A stretch of DNA of 64,000 nucleotides, taken from NCBI GenBank assembly GCA_964594835.1, contig CAZQNA010000003.1:32001-96000 (forward strand). The letters are read 5' to 3'. Within the stretch, counting starts at the first letter, position 1; every line of letters begins with the position of its first letter. The notes beneath the pieces were generated by a model that worked only from the letters and a program-made list of their open reading frames with translations, was not told the DNA's origin and did no database searches. Shown here piece after piece: positions 56,061 to 64,000 of the stretch. A program made the translations under genes and the position numbers. This stretch comes from an uncultured Nitrososphaerota archaeon. Its GTDB lineage: Archaea; Korarchaeota; Korarchaeia; Korarchaeales; Korarchaeaceae.

Positions 56061-57142
56061 TGGTGCTCAGGATGGTCGCTCTCTCCGGTGGGCCCCGGGA
56101 GATGGGGCTCCAGCTCGGGAAGGAGGTCAGGTCCCTGACCCCCCACATCAGGGAGCTCTTCGACGCTGTCCGGAGGGAGATAGGGGAGAACCTCTCCCTC
56201 GAGAGGCTCGTGGGGGACATGAGGGCCGTGGTCGAGAGGCACTCCCCCGAGTTCATGGAGATGCTCGAGGGCGTGGCCGAGGGTGCCTGGTTCGCCAGGG
56301 ACATCCTGTTCGAGACGACCTGCTCCACGTTCCTCAGACACATGCTGCACTACGGCCTGGAGTGCTCGGTCTGGGCTGTCAGGGCTGAGCACACGGTCGT
56401 AGGGGAGCCCATCCTGGCCAAGAACAGGGACAAGAGGGTCAGGTACAAGCCCCTCCACCTGTTCGTCTACGCCAGGCCGAGGGACGGCCTCGCCTACTTC
56501 GCCTCCACGAACGCCGGCGACCCGGGGGTGGCTGGGGGAGGGATGAACGAGAGGGGCCTGACCGTGTTCTCGACGTACGTGGCCTCGTCCGACATCGGGG
56601 TGGGCCTGCCCGACAACGTCCTGGCGAAGATGATACTCGAGAGCTGCTCCACGGTGGAGGAGGCCATAGATCTCCTGAAGTCGGTCCCCCGGCTCGGCCA
56701 GTTCACCTTCACGCTGGGCGACTCCAAGGGGGACATAGCCGTGGTGGAGGTCGGATACAGCGAGCTCGACGTGGAGTTCCCCGAGTCCGGGTACGCCTTC
56801 CGGACGAACCACTTCAAATCCGCCAGGATGAGCGAGAGGTACTACGACCCCTACCACTACACCGAGTACGAGAGGGAGGACACCCTGGCCAGGTGGAGGC
56901 ACCTCGACGAGAGGGTGCGGGGTGCGCTGGGCACCATAGACCTGAACTTCGTGAAGAGGCTCATGAGGTACCACGACCCGGCGGGGCACTCGATCTGCAG
57001 GCACGTGGGGGAGGGGGACGTCCCGATAGAGACCGTGGCGTCCATGATAGCCCTGCCCAGAAGGACCAGGATCCTCTTCGCCGAGGGGCCGCCCTGCGAG
57101 CACCCCTACATGTCCCTGGACCTGGGAGGTGGCATGCCGTGA
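56060..57142 (+). CDS. C45-family Ntn hydrolase (acyl-CoA:6-APA acyltransferase-like amidohydrolase)
   Basis: Start ATG 56060; G.PREMGLQLG pro-region, EMLEGVAEGA, LE|CS Cys nucleophile, LAKNRD, GMNERGL, RTNHF, SICRH, GPPC. Confidence 0.85.
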   Translation: MVLRMVALSGGPREMGLQLGKEVRSLTPHIRELFDAVRREIGENLSLERLVGDMRAVVERHSPEFMEMLEGVAEGAWFARDILFETTCSTFLRHMLHYGLECSVWAVRAEHTVVGEPILAKNRDKRVRYKPLHLFVYARPRDGLAYFASTNAGDPGVAGGGMNERGLTVFSTYVASSDIGVGLPDNVLAKMILESCSTVEEAIDLLKSVPRLGQFTFTLGDSKGDIAVVEVGYSELDVEFPESGYAFRTNHFKSARMSERYYDPYHYTEYEREDTLARWRHLDERVRGALGTIDLNFVKRLMRYHDPAGHSICRHVGEGDVPIETVASMIALPRRTRILFAEGPPCEHPYMSLDLGGGMP

Positions 57143-58116
57143 CGCTTCTGGAGGTAAGGGACCTGAAGGTCTACTACTACGCCTTCGACGGCGTCGTGAG
57201 GGCCGTCGACGGCGTCTCCCTGAGCATAGGGACCGGCGAGTTCTTCGGACTCATAGGGGAGTCCGGCTGCGGGAAGTCCACCCTGGGCAACGCTATCCTG
57301 AGGCTGGTCCCGCCCCCCGGAATGATCTCCGGGGGGAGCATCTACTTCCAGGGGGAGAACCTCCTCTCCCTCTCGGAGGAGAGGATGAGGGATATCCGGG
57401 GAGACAGGATCTCCATGATATTCCAGGACCCGACGGCCGCGCTTGACCCGGTCTACACGATAGGGGACCAGATCGTCGAGACGATCCTGGCCCACAACCC
57501 CGACTACGGGAAGAGGGAGGCGGAGCAGAGGGCCGTGGAGCTCCTCAAGCTAGTGGGGATCCCGGGGGCCGAGGCTAGGATCCACGAGTACCCCCACCAG
57601 TTCAGCGGGGGCATGAGGCAGAGGGCCGTCATAGCCATAGCCCTGGCGAACAGCCCTGAACTCTTGATAGCGGACGAGCCGACCACCAACCTAGACGTGA
57701 CCATAGAGGCCCAGATCCTCACCCTCCTGGACCAGCTGAGGAGGAAGCTCAACATGTCCATCCTCCTGATAACCCACAACATAGGGATCGTCGCCGAGTA
57801 CACCGACCGAGTGGGCGTGATGTACGCCGGGAAGTTAGTCGAGTTGGGCAACACGGTGGACGTGCTCACCGACCCCAAACACCCTTATACCCAGGGCCTG
57901 CTCGGCGCGATACCTGGAAGGGGCGGCAGGAAGGGTCGGGTCACGGAGATCCCCGGGACCGTCCCGAACCTGTCCAGCCCGCCTCCCGGGTGCAGGTTCC
58001 ACCCCAGGTGCCCCAGGAGGTTTGAGCCCTGCGACCGGGAGGAGCCTCCGCTGGTGGAGCTCCCCGGCGGGGGGAGGATGGTCGCATGTCACCTGTACAG
58101 GGGTACCGGAAGCTGA
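57139..58116 (+). CDS. dppD: Peptide ABC transporter ATP-binding subunit
   Basis: Start GTG 57139; GESGCGKST, ISMIFQDP, YPHQFSGGMRQR, ADEPTT, HPYT, GCRFHPRCP. Confidence 0.95.
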   Translation: MTLLEVRDLKVYYYAFDGVVRAVDGVSLSIGTGEFFGLIGESGCGKSTLGNAILRLVPPPGMISGGSIYFQGENLLSLSEERMRDIRGDRISMIFQDPTAALDPVYTIGDQIVETILAHNPDYGKREAEQRAVELLKLVGIPGAEARIHEYPHQFSGGMRQRAVIAIALANSPELLIADEPTTNLDVTIEAQILTLLDQLRRKLNMSILLITHNIGIVAEYTDRVGVMYAGKLVELGNTVDVLTDPKHPYTQGLLGAIPGRGGRKGRVTEIPGTVPNLSSPPPGCRFHPRCPRRFEPCDREEPPLVELPGGGRMVACHLYRGTGS

Positions 58117-59069
58117 ATGAGAACATGCTCGAGATCCTGGCCATCCTCGACGGGATCGAGGGGCCGGCCACGTCGGGCGAGATCCAGAGGGAGCTGAACA
58201 GGCGTGGCATCTACCTCAGCCAGAGGACCATCAGGTACTACCTGAAGCTCATGGACGAGCTGGGGCTCACCAGGAAGGTGAGGAAGGCCAGGCAGATAAC
58301 TAGCGAGGGCCGCAGGAGGATGCGGGCCCTGACGGTCTCCACTAGGATGGAGTGGATGCTGGACAGGATGTACCAGAGGATAGCTGAGATGGACTTCGAC
58401 CTCGGGGAGGGGAGGGGGACCGTGATCGCCAACAAGCTGTTCATCAGGAGGGAGGACTTTACCTGGGTGATGAGGCACGTCCTGAGCCTGGGGAAGGAGG
58501 TCCCCAGGATTCTCTTCTACCCGAGGTTCCAGGTGAGGGAGTTGGGCCTCAGGAGGGGGGACCTCTTCGAGATCAAGTACGTGTCCTCGAACACGCTCTA
58601 CGGCATACTCCTCAGGAACGGGGTCCCCGTGAGCATAAAGGGCGTCGGCCTGCTCGAGCTCAGAGACTACAGGCCCACTACATTCTCGGAGGTGATGCAC
58701 TACTCAGGCACGACGATAAGCCCCTCCCAGCTCCTGATATTCGCGGGCATGACCAAGGTCTCGGAGGCGGCCAAGAGGGGGACGGGAACGGTCCTGGCCA
58801 CCTTCGGGGAGATCCCCTACAACAGCATCTCGAAGGCCCAGAAGATACTCGAGAGGATGAGGGGGCTCGGCTTCGAGGGTATCATGGAGATAAGGGAGCC
58901 GGGGTTCGCCTACGGCCTGAGGACCGGGAAGCTGAGGGGCGTGGTGATCAGCGTCACGGGCGCGAACTTACCGGCCATGATAAGGGAGGGCGGCTTCGAT
59001 ATCAGGATGGCCTTCGACACCGGGATGGAGGAGCTGGAGTCCTTCGACAGGAGCGTCATCCCGGTCTGA
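58086..59069 (+). CDS. NrpR-like regulator (wHTH + DUF128/NRD domain)
   Basis: EILAIL...LSQRTIRYYLKLMDELGLT...RQITSEG wHTH; MDFD...GTVIAN, SNTLYGILLRNGVP, YSGTTISP, GTVLA, GAN conserved DUF128 blocks; start may be ATG 58125. Confidence 0.82.
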   Translation: MSPVQGYRKLNENMLEILAILDGIEGPATSGEIQRELNRRGIYLSQRTIRYYLKLMDELGLTRKVRKARQITSEGRRRMRALTVSTRMEWMLDRMYQRIAEMDFDLGEGRGTVIANKLFIRREDFTWVMRHVLSLGKEVPRILFYPRFQVRELGLRRGDLFEIKYVSSNTLYGILLRNGVPVSIKGVGLLELRDYRPTTFSEVMHYSGTTISPSQLLIFAGMTKVSEAAKRGTGTVLATFGEIPYNSISKAQKILERMRGLGFEGIMEIREPGFAYGLRTGKLRGVVISVTGANLPAMIREGGFDIRMAFDTGMEELESFDRSVIPV

Positions 59070-60465
59070 CCGGAGAGACGGAGTCAAGGAGGATCTTCAG
59101 GGCCTTGTCCGGCTCCCTCCCGGCTAGGAGGCCCATGGCCCAGAAGACGTAGGCCCTGTCAACGTACATGTCGGGCTCCCTAGGCTTGAGGACGAAGGGC
59201 CTGGACTCATCGTAGACCGCCTCGCCGAGGATCCTCCAAGGCCTCCTGCTGTTAACGATCGGGCCCCCCGTGCCGACGACCGTCCTCACACCGGTCAGGT
59301 CCTTCCCCGTCAGGACGTAGAACTTCCCCATGGGGGTCGGTATCTCCTCCAGTCTCCCCACGTGCCTCTCCACCCCGAGCTCGACCGCCGACCTGGCCAG
59401 CGCCTCGTCCACCAGCCAGTCGAACTCGGTCTTGGGCAGGTAGCTGGTGTGTCGGCGCAGCATGCGGATGTGCTCCTCCACGGCCTCGGGCCTGACGTCC
59501 CCTAGGTCCTCTCTGATCTTGGACACTATCCTCTCGAGGCCGGCCGCCTCCAGCAGCGACTCGGCGCTCACCCTGACCCCCAGGTCCCCCTCCACGGTCC
59601 TCTTCAAGTACGGTTCCTCTAGACCCTTCTCCACCACCCCCGGGAGTTCTGACCTCCCTTCCGCCACGCTGTAGACGTTGGTCGTGGCCCCCCCTATCTC
59701 GACGGCCAGGAGCTCTCCCATGCCGCCCTGGGAGCGGGTCCCCTCCGCGAGGAGCTCTGCCGCCCTCAGAGAGGCAGAGGGGGTGGGCATGAGGATATCG
59801 AGCAGCCCCGTGACCCTGTCTAGTCCCTTTGCCTGGATTATCCTCCTCAGGAAGATCTCCCTGATCTTCTCGTTGGCGGGCCTCACGTTGAGCTTCCCCA
59901 GCTCGGGCATGATGTTCTCGGTCCAGTAGACCTCCTTTCCGGCCGAGGAGAGTATCTCCACCACGTCGTCCCTGGCCTCCTTGTTCCCCGCCACCAGGAT
60001 GGGACAGCTGAGCCCCGAGGAGGCCAGCATCCTGGCGTTGTGCGTTATCGTCTTCTTGTCCCCGCCGTCCGTCCCGCCGGTCAGGAGGACGATGTCGGGG
60101 TCCTGCGACTCTATCGAGGCCACCTCGCTCCTGGTGAGCTCAAACGAGTACACCCCGATGACCTTGGCCCCGGCCGTCAGCGCGGCCCTCCTGCCAGCCT
60201 CGGCGCTGTACTTCGGCACCAGCCCGACGACGACCATTTTCAGCCCGCCTGCGGCGCTGCTGCAGGCCAGCCTGTACTCGAAGGGGCCGTCCGACAGGTC
60301 GTCGAGGGAGAGTCCGATCTCCCCCAGGGCCCTCGCCAGCCCGTGCCTGACGTCCGTGTCCACCGTGCTTGGCGCCCTGGAGGAGGAGACCACCCGCTCC
60401 TCCCCCAGGTCGACCACGACGGCCTTGGTGAAGGTGCTTCCGAAGTCTATCAGGAGGGCCCGCAA
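59056..60465 (-). CDS. glmL: GlmL/MutL-family reactivating factor for cobalamin-dependent mutases (ASKHA ATPase)
   Basis: LLIDFGSTFTKA, ACSSAAGGLKM, AALTAGAKV, LTGGTDGG, AGNK, MPTPSA, EIGGATTNVYS, KRTVEGDLGVR, RHVG, GKDL, GTGG. Confidence 0.9.
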   Translation of the reverse strand: MRALLIDFGSTFTKAVVVDLGEERVVSSSRAPSTVDTDVRHGLARALGEIGLSLDDLSDGPFEYRLACSSAAGGLKMVVVGLVPKYSAEAGRRAALTAGAKVIGVYSFELTRSEVASIESQDPDIVLLTGGTDGGDKKTITHNARMLASSGLSCPILVAGNKEARDDVVEILSSAGKEVYWTENIMPELGKLNVRPANEKIREIFLRRIIQAKGLDRVTGLLDILMPTPSASLRAAELLAEGTRSQGGMGELLAVEIGGATTNVYSVAEGRSELPGVVEKGLEEPYLKRTVEGDLGVRVSAESLLEAAGLERIVSKIREDLGDVRPEAVEEHIRMLRRHTSYLPKTEFDWLVDEALARSAVELGVERHVGRLEEIPTPMGKFYVLTGKDLTGVRTVVGTGGPIVNSRRPWRILGEAVYDESRPFVLKPREPDMYVDRAYVFWAMGLLAGREPDKALKILLDSVSPVRPG

Positions 60466-60468
60466 GGG

Positions 60469-61554
60469 CTATTCTCCCCTCACGAACGCCACTATATCCT
60501 CCGCGGACATCCCCTCCAGACCGAGGTTCCTCGCGCTCCTCCCCTCTCTGTAGAAGTCCCTGTCGAAGACCGCCGAGGCTATGGATATGAGGGACCTCGA
60601 GACGGGGGTGCTCACCCCGACCTGCTCCCCCACGTCGGCGTAGGGCACCAGACCGGTGGGGACGTCCTCCAGGAGGTACCTGACGGCCAGCGTGGAGGGC
60701 GCCTTTATCCCCCTGTAGGCCTCGTTGTTCTGCAGGGCCTCGTAGACATCCTTCCCCCTCGCACCGTACTTCTCCTCCAGCCACTCCAGCAGGCTAAGTA
60801 CGTGGGTGTCTAGCGCCCGCGCCAGGGCCACCCTTTCGGCGTCTACCCTCTCAAGCACCTTGGACACGGATGGGCTGGCGCCCTCCACGTAGAACTCGAA
60901 GTCCCCCCCGCGCTCTATCCAGCCCGCGTTCATGAGCGTGATCGTGGGGTGGAACACCGCCCCTATGTTGGTGAGGCTGGTCTCGAGCACGTCCCTGGCC
61001 CCGTCGAACTGCGGGTATAGCTGGCGGATCGTGTCCAGCAGCTCTCCGGTGTCGGGGGCTGGAAGGGCGGCCAGCCTGACTTCCTTCTTGACCCCGAGCA
61101 CCCTCGCCCTCGTGGGGGACAGCCCCCTGGCCGCGTAGACCAAGGTCTCGGCCTCTCCGACTATCACTCCCTCGGCCCTCTCTCCCAGTATCCTCTTGAA
61201 CTCGATCGCCCCGAAGGTCCTGCCCGGGTTCAGCAGGATCTTCTGACCCCGCCGGAGGTGGGGGGCGATCGACCGGGCGATGTGCCTGTGGGCGTGGGCG
61301 GGGACGACCACCATGATCAGGTCGGCGTCCCTCACGGCCTCGCCGGCGTCGGTGGTGGCGAGGGCGATGGGGCCGAAGCCCTCGACCGCCCCCTCCAGCT
61401 CTATCCCTCCCCTCCTCCTGACCTCCCCGAGGTCAACGTTGAACTCCGGCTCCCTCTCCTTGTAGTTGTAGAGCCGGACCTCGTGCCCCATCAGGCCCAG
61501 GTGGGCGGCCATGGCCTTGCCGCCGTGGCCGGCGCCCATCACGGCTATCCTCAT
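60469..61554 (-). CDS. NAD(P)-dependent opine (octopine/nopaline) dehydrogenase family protein
   Basis: GAGHGG Rossmann, NPGRTFGA, EAETLVYAAR, TSLTNIGAVFHP, FYVEG, VDAER, RYLLEDVPTGLVP. Confidence 0.92.
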   Translation of the reverse strand: MRIAVMGAGHGGKAMAAHLGLMGHEVRLYNYKEREPEFNVDLGEVRRRGGIELEGAVEGFGPIALATTDAGEAVRDADLIMVVVPAHAHRHIARSIAPHLRRGQKILLNPGRTFGAIEFKRILGERAEGVIVGEAETLVYAARGLSPTRARVLGVKKEVRLAALPAPDTGELLDTIRQLYPQFDGARDVLETSLTNIGAVFHPTITLMNAGWIERGGDFEFYVEGASPSVSKVLERVDAERVALARALDTHVLSLLEWLEEKYGARGKDVYEALQNNEAYRGIKAPSTLAVRYLLEDVPTGLVPYADVGEQVGVSTPVSRSLISIASAVFDRDFYREGRSARNLGLEGMSAEDIVAFVRGE

Positions 61555-61580
61555 CCAACCGCCTCCCTTCGCCCGCCTGC

Positions 61581-63266
61581 TCAGATAAGTCTCCCCTTGA
61601 AGTAGTCGTCCAGGATCCTGCGGACGCGCTCCTCCTCCGGCAGGGGCCTCTTGGTCTCAGGGTCTACTGCGTGGGCCGCCCCGTTGATGATCCTGGTCTC
61701 TATCTCTCCCCTGGCGTATGGGTTGTTCTTCAGGTGGGGGGCGTCCAGTATCCCCACCTTCAGGGCCCTCGCGAGAGTCTGGGGGTCGGTCCACGGGTCC
61801 TTGACCCCAGGGTCTGCGATCTTCCTTATGGCGTCCAGCGTCACCTTTGCCTCCCTCACCAGCTCCTCCCTCCTCGCATGGATCTTCGGGTCCCTCGTCA
61901 CGTCGGGCAGGCCGTGCAGCGTGTCGCTGATCACCTGGTGCACGATCTTGCCGCTCTCTATGATCTCCTCGGCCGTGGCCGCATGGTCGGGCTCGGTGTA
62001 CGCGACCATGTGGATTATGTGGGGCTTCAGGTGCATCTGCATCGTCACGGAGTAGGCCATGTGGCCCTTGGCCGCGTCCAGGTCGGGCGGGTAGCTGGAC
62101 AGGCCCGTCCTGGTCTGGATGAAGATCTTGAAGTTCTCGTCCTCCAGGGGCTTGATTATGTCTATCTTGGCCAGCTGCTTGGCCAGGTCCATCTCGGCAG
62201 AAATGCCGGGCGGGAGGTCGAACATGAGGGTGGCGATGTAGTGCCTCACTCCCGCCTTCTTGGCGTTGTAGGCGGAGAGGAACGCGTCTGCGACGGCGAT
62301 GACGTCAGGGGCGTCCCTGAGCTCGAAGTGGTGGGGCTCGTTCAGCTCGACCGGTATGCCCCTCTCGCCGTGCCAGGCCATCAGCCTCTGGTGCTCGTCT
62401 ATGGCCTCGACCAGGTCAAGGGGGCCCCTCCCGTCGAGCCTGCTGAACCAGAACAGCGGGATGGCCGCCCAGGCGTTCTTGATGGTCCTGACCAGGAGGT
62501 CGGCCATCTTGAACAGGTCGCTGGTCCCCTGGTAGCACCTGAGGAGCGGGTAGTTGCCCGTCCTGGTCGCCTCGTATATCTTGACGAGGTCGTCCTCTGA
62601 CCTTATGGGAACGCCTCCGGCTCCGGCCCTCCCTGGATCCCACTTCTCTGGGTGGAAGAAGTTCTCCTGGAACTCCTGGTCGGGGGCTATCGAGATGACG
62701 TCTATCAGCCTGGACTCCGCCACCTTCCTGGCGGCCTCGACGGTCTCCTCGACGGAGCTGAGCCCCAGGTGCTGCCGGATTATGGGGTACGGGTACTTCC
62801 AGGCGATCCTCTCCACGGTCGTCTGCGGATAGTGCTCCTCACCCTTGCCGGCCTCACCCCCTCCCTTGAGGTAGGAGACGACCTCGTCCATGGTCTCCCT
62901 GCCGCTGAACACCCTGTCGAAGAAGCCGAAGCTCTCCGCCACCTCTGCCACCGGAGGAGTCCCTCCGAAGACGTACCTCTTGCCCTCGAGCCCGGCCTCC
63001 CTCACGGCGCTGATGAATCGCTCTATCCAGTACCTCCCGGACTCCGGCATCAGCCTGTAGCTGATCCCGACTATGTCAGGGTCCGTCTCCTTTATCGCCG
63101 CCACGATCTCCTCGGGGGTGTTTGCCGGCCCCAGGAATATGGTGTCGTAGCCAACCTGCTCGGCCAGCCTCAGGAACTTGATTATCCCGGCCACGTGCAC
63201 GTCCTCACCAAGAGCGGCGGCGAGGATCTTGGGCCGCCTCTCCTCGCTCTTCTCGCCGGACGACAT
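61581..63266 (-). CDS. Single-chain cobalamin-binding mutase-like enzyme (B12-binding domain + catalytic barrel)
   Basis: N-terminal GEDVHVAG (DxHxxG)...FLG...GISYRL...FGG base-off/His-on B12 domain fused to about 420 aa barrel-like domain with GAGGVPIRS; co-operonic with glmL. Confidence 0.85.
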   Translation of the reverse strand: MSSGEKSEERRPKILAAALGEDVHVAGIIKFLRLAEQVGYDTIFLGPANTPEEIVAAIKETDPDIVGISYRLMPESGRYWIERFISAVREAGLEGKRYVFGGTPPVAEVAESFGFFDRVFSGRETMDEVVSYLKGGGEAGKGEEHYPQTTVERIAWKYPYPIIRQHLGLSSVEETVEAARKVAESRLIDVISIAPDQEFQENFFHPEKWDPGRAGAGGVPIRSEDDLVKIYEATRTGNYPLLRCYQGTSDLFKMADLLVRTIKNAWAAIPLFWFSRLDGRGPLDLVEAIDEHQRLMAWHGERGIPVELNEPHHFELRDAPDVIAVADAFLSAYNAKKAGVRHYIATLMFDLPPGISAEMDLAKQLAKIDIIKPLEDENFKIFIQTRTGLSSYPPDLDAAKGHMAYSVTMQMHLKPHIIHMVAYTEPDHAATAEEIIESGKIVHQVISDTLHGLPDVTRDPKIHARREELVREAKVTLDAIRKIADPGVKDPWTDPQTLARALKVGILDAPHLKNNPYARGEIETRIINGAAHAVDPETKRPLPEEERVRRILDDYFKGRLI

Positions 63267-63267
63267 G

Positions 63268-63284
63268 CAACCACCCAGCGGTAA
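63268..63284. promoter_or_regulatory. Imperfect operator CAACC-N7-GGTAA between TATA box and start codon of the B12 gene
   Basis: CAACCACCCAGCGGTAA, 1 bp from ATG 63266; TATA (minus strand TTTTAAAG) at 63313-63320. Confidence 0.55.
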
Positions 63285-63371
63285 GGTGTTGCCGGGTTGG
63301 CGCGCGTCGGTTCTTTAAAAACCCTAGCAAATATCCCAGATAAATGTTTATTACTTCCATATAATCTCAGT

Positions 63372-63388
63372 TTACCGGAAAAGGGTAA
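63372..63388. promoter_or_regulatory. Palindromic operator TTACC-N7-GGTAA upstream of the B12 operon
   Basis: TTACCGGAAAAGGGTAA, 51 nt upstream of the minus-strand TATA; same motif at 51360-51376. Confidence 0.7.
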
Positions 63389-63642
63389 CATGATTGCCAG
63401 GTGGCCGATCTGGGCGGCCGGGCGGCAGACAACGGTTGGGGGGATCCGGTGGCGGAGATGATCGATTTTAGCCGCAGCGCCCGACCTCGTTCACAGAGTC
63501 CTGGGATCGGCCGTCTGTTGAAAAACGGCATCTTGTTGGGATTACGTGCCTTTCCCCAACTCCGGCAAGGTGGTCGAGATCCCCGCCCCCCTCCAAGCTG
63601 GTTAAGACAATGGTTATGACCTAGTCCCGGCGCGGGGTGGGC

Positions 63643-64000
63643 GTGCCCGACCCTGAGAGGGATGCGGTGATCACGGTGGCCGAGCTGATGCTCGTGGCCG
63701 CCAGGACTGCGCCGAAGGCCAAGGGCGTCGACTCCATCGAGACCGCAATATTGCTGGGCGACGACCTGGCCGAACTGGCCGACGAGATGCGGCGCCTGGC
63801 CGGAGTGCGCGGCCGCGCGTTCTACGCGAGGGACGCCGGAAACGTCGAGTCGTCGGACTGCGTCGTGCTAATTGGCTCCAGGGCCCACGAGCCACTGGGA
63901 ATGGACTGCGGCATGTGCGGGTACCGGTCCTGCGCGGAGAGGCTGAGGGCCTGGCGGGAGTCTGGAGCCCCCATGAGGGGACCCTTCTGCGAGTTCAAGG
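63643..64000 (+). CDS. DUF2148-family ferredoxin-domain protein (runs off window)
   Basis: Own translation: ...AELMLVAARTAPKAKGVD...FYARDAGNV...VVLIG...DCGMCGYRSC...GPFCEFK; not in the ORF track. Confidence 0.85.
   Translation, partial: MPDPERDAVITVAELMLVAARTAPKAKGVDSIETAILLGDDLAELADEMRRLAGVRGRAFYARDAGNVESSDCVVLIGSRAHEPLGMDCGMCGYRSCAERLRAWRESGAPMRGPFCEFK

Noticed and set aside
59056-60465. DNA mismatch-repair MutL
   Set aside because: Name collision only: ASKHA-type motifs (DFGSTFTK, IGGATT) identify the mutase reactivase, not the GHKL ATPase
61581-63266. Methionine synthase or methyltransferase corrinoid protein
   Set aside because: No four-helix cap domain before the B12 domain, no pterin- or homocysteine-binding motifs, and the neighbour is GlmL rather than RamA or a methyltransferase
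63290-63640. Cobalamin riboswitch upstream of the B12 operon
   Set aside because: No B12-box (GCCACTG...GGGAAG) pattern found on the minus strand, and the TATA box lies only about 47 bp from the start codon, leaving no room
1-64000. Many long overlapping or antisense ORFs in the track (e.g. 18082-19371, 22734-24095, 51617-53143, 55706-57103)
   Set aside because: Shadow frames of GC-rich genes: they overlap well-supported CDSs and translate to Arg/Gly/Pro-rich or motif-free sequence
1-64000. CRISPR array, rRNA, tRNA, SRP or RNase P RNA, intact transposase or integrase
   Set aside because: No regularly spaced 24-40 bp repeats, no tRNA cloverleaf or other RNA signatures recognised in intergenic regions, and no DDE, TnpB or tyrosine recombinase ORF; checked by eye only

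Overview
A GC-rich (roughly two-thirds G+C by eye) chromosomal segment from an anaerobic, probably thermophilic archaeon. Evidence for this: TATA-type promoters, GGTGA-type RBSs, tungsten FOR-type aldehyde oxidoreductase, CxxDxxC ferredoxin, archaeal AsnA, NurA/HerA, and V4R/DUF835/NrpR-type regulators. About 60 genes can be supported. They cover housekeeping metabolism (HMG-CoA reductase fragment, proC, asnA, ade, nrdDG), five ABC systems, a VapBC-type toxin-antitoxin pair, an orphan nurA-herA pair, secreted and membrane proteins, and several pseudogenes. No rRNA, tRNA, CRISPR array or intact transposase was seen. The standout is at 51.3-63.4 kb, where two operons converge. One encodes a Tat-exported peptide/opine-type ABC importer, a C45 Ntn-amidohydrolase and an NrpR-like regulator. 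The other encodes a single-chain cobalamin-binding mutase-like enzyme, an opine dehydrogenase and a GlmL/MutL reactivase. Both promoters carry the same TTACC-N7-GGTAA palindrome at nearly the same distance from the TATA box. This suggests one co-regulated B12-radical pathway for nitrogen or amino-acid catabolism that I do not recognise as characterised. All product calls come from motif recognition in the translations; no database searches were run.
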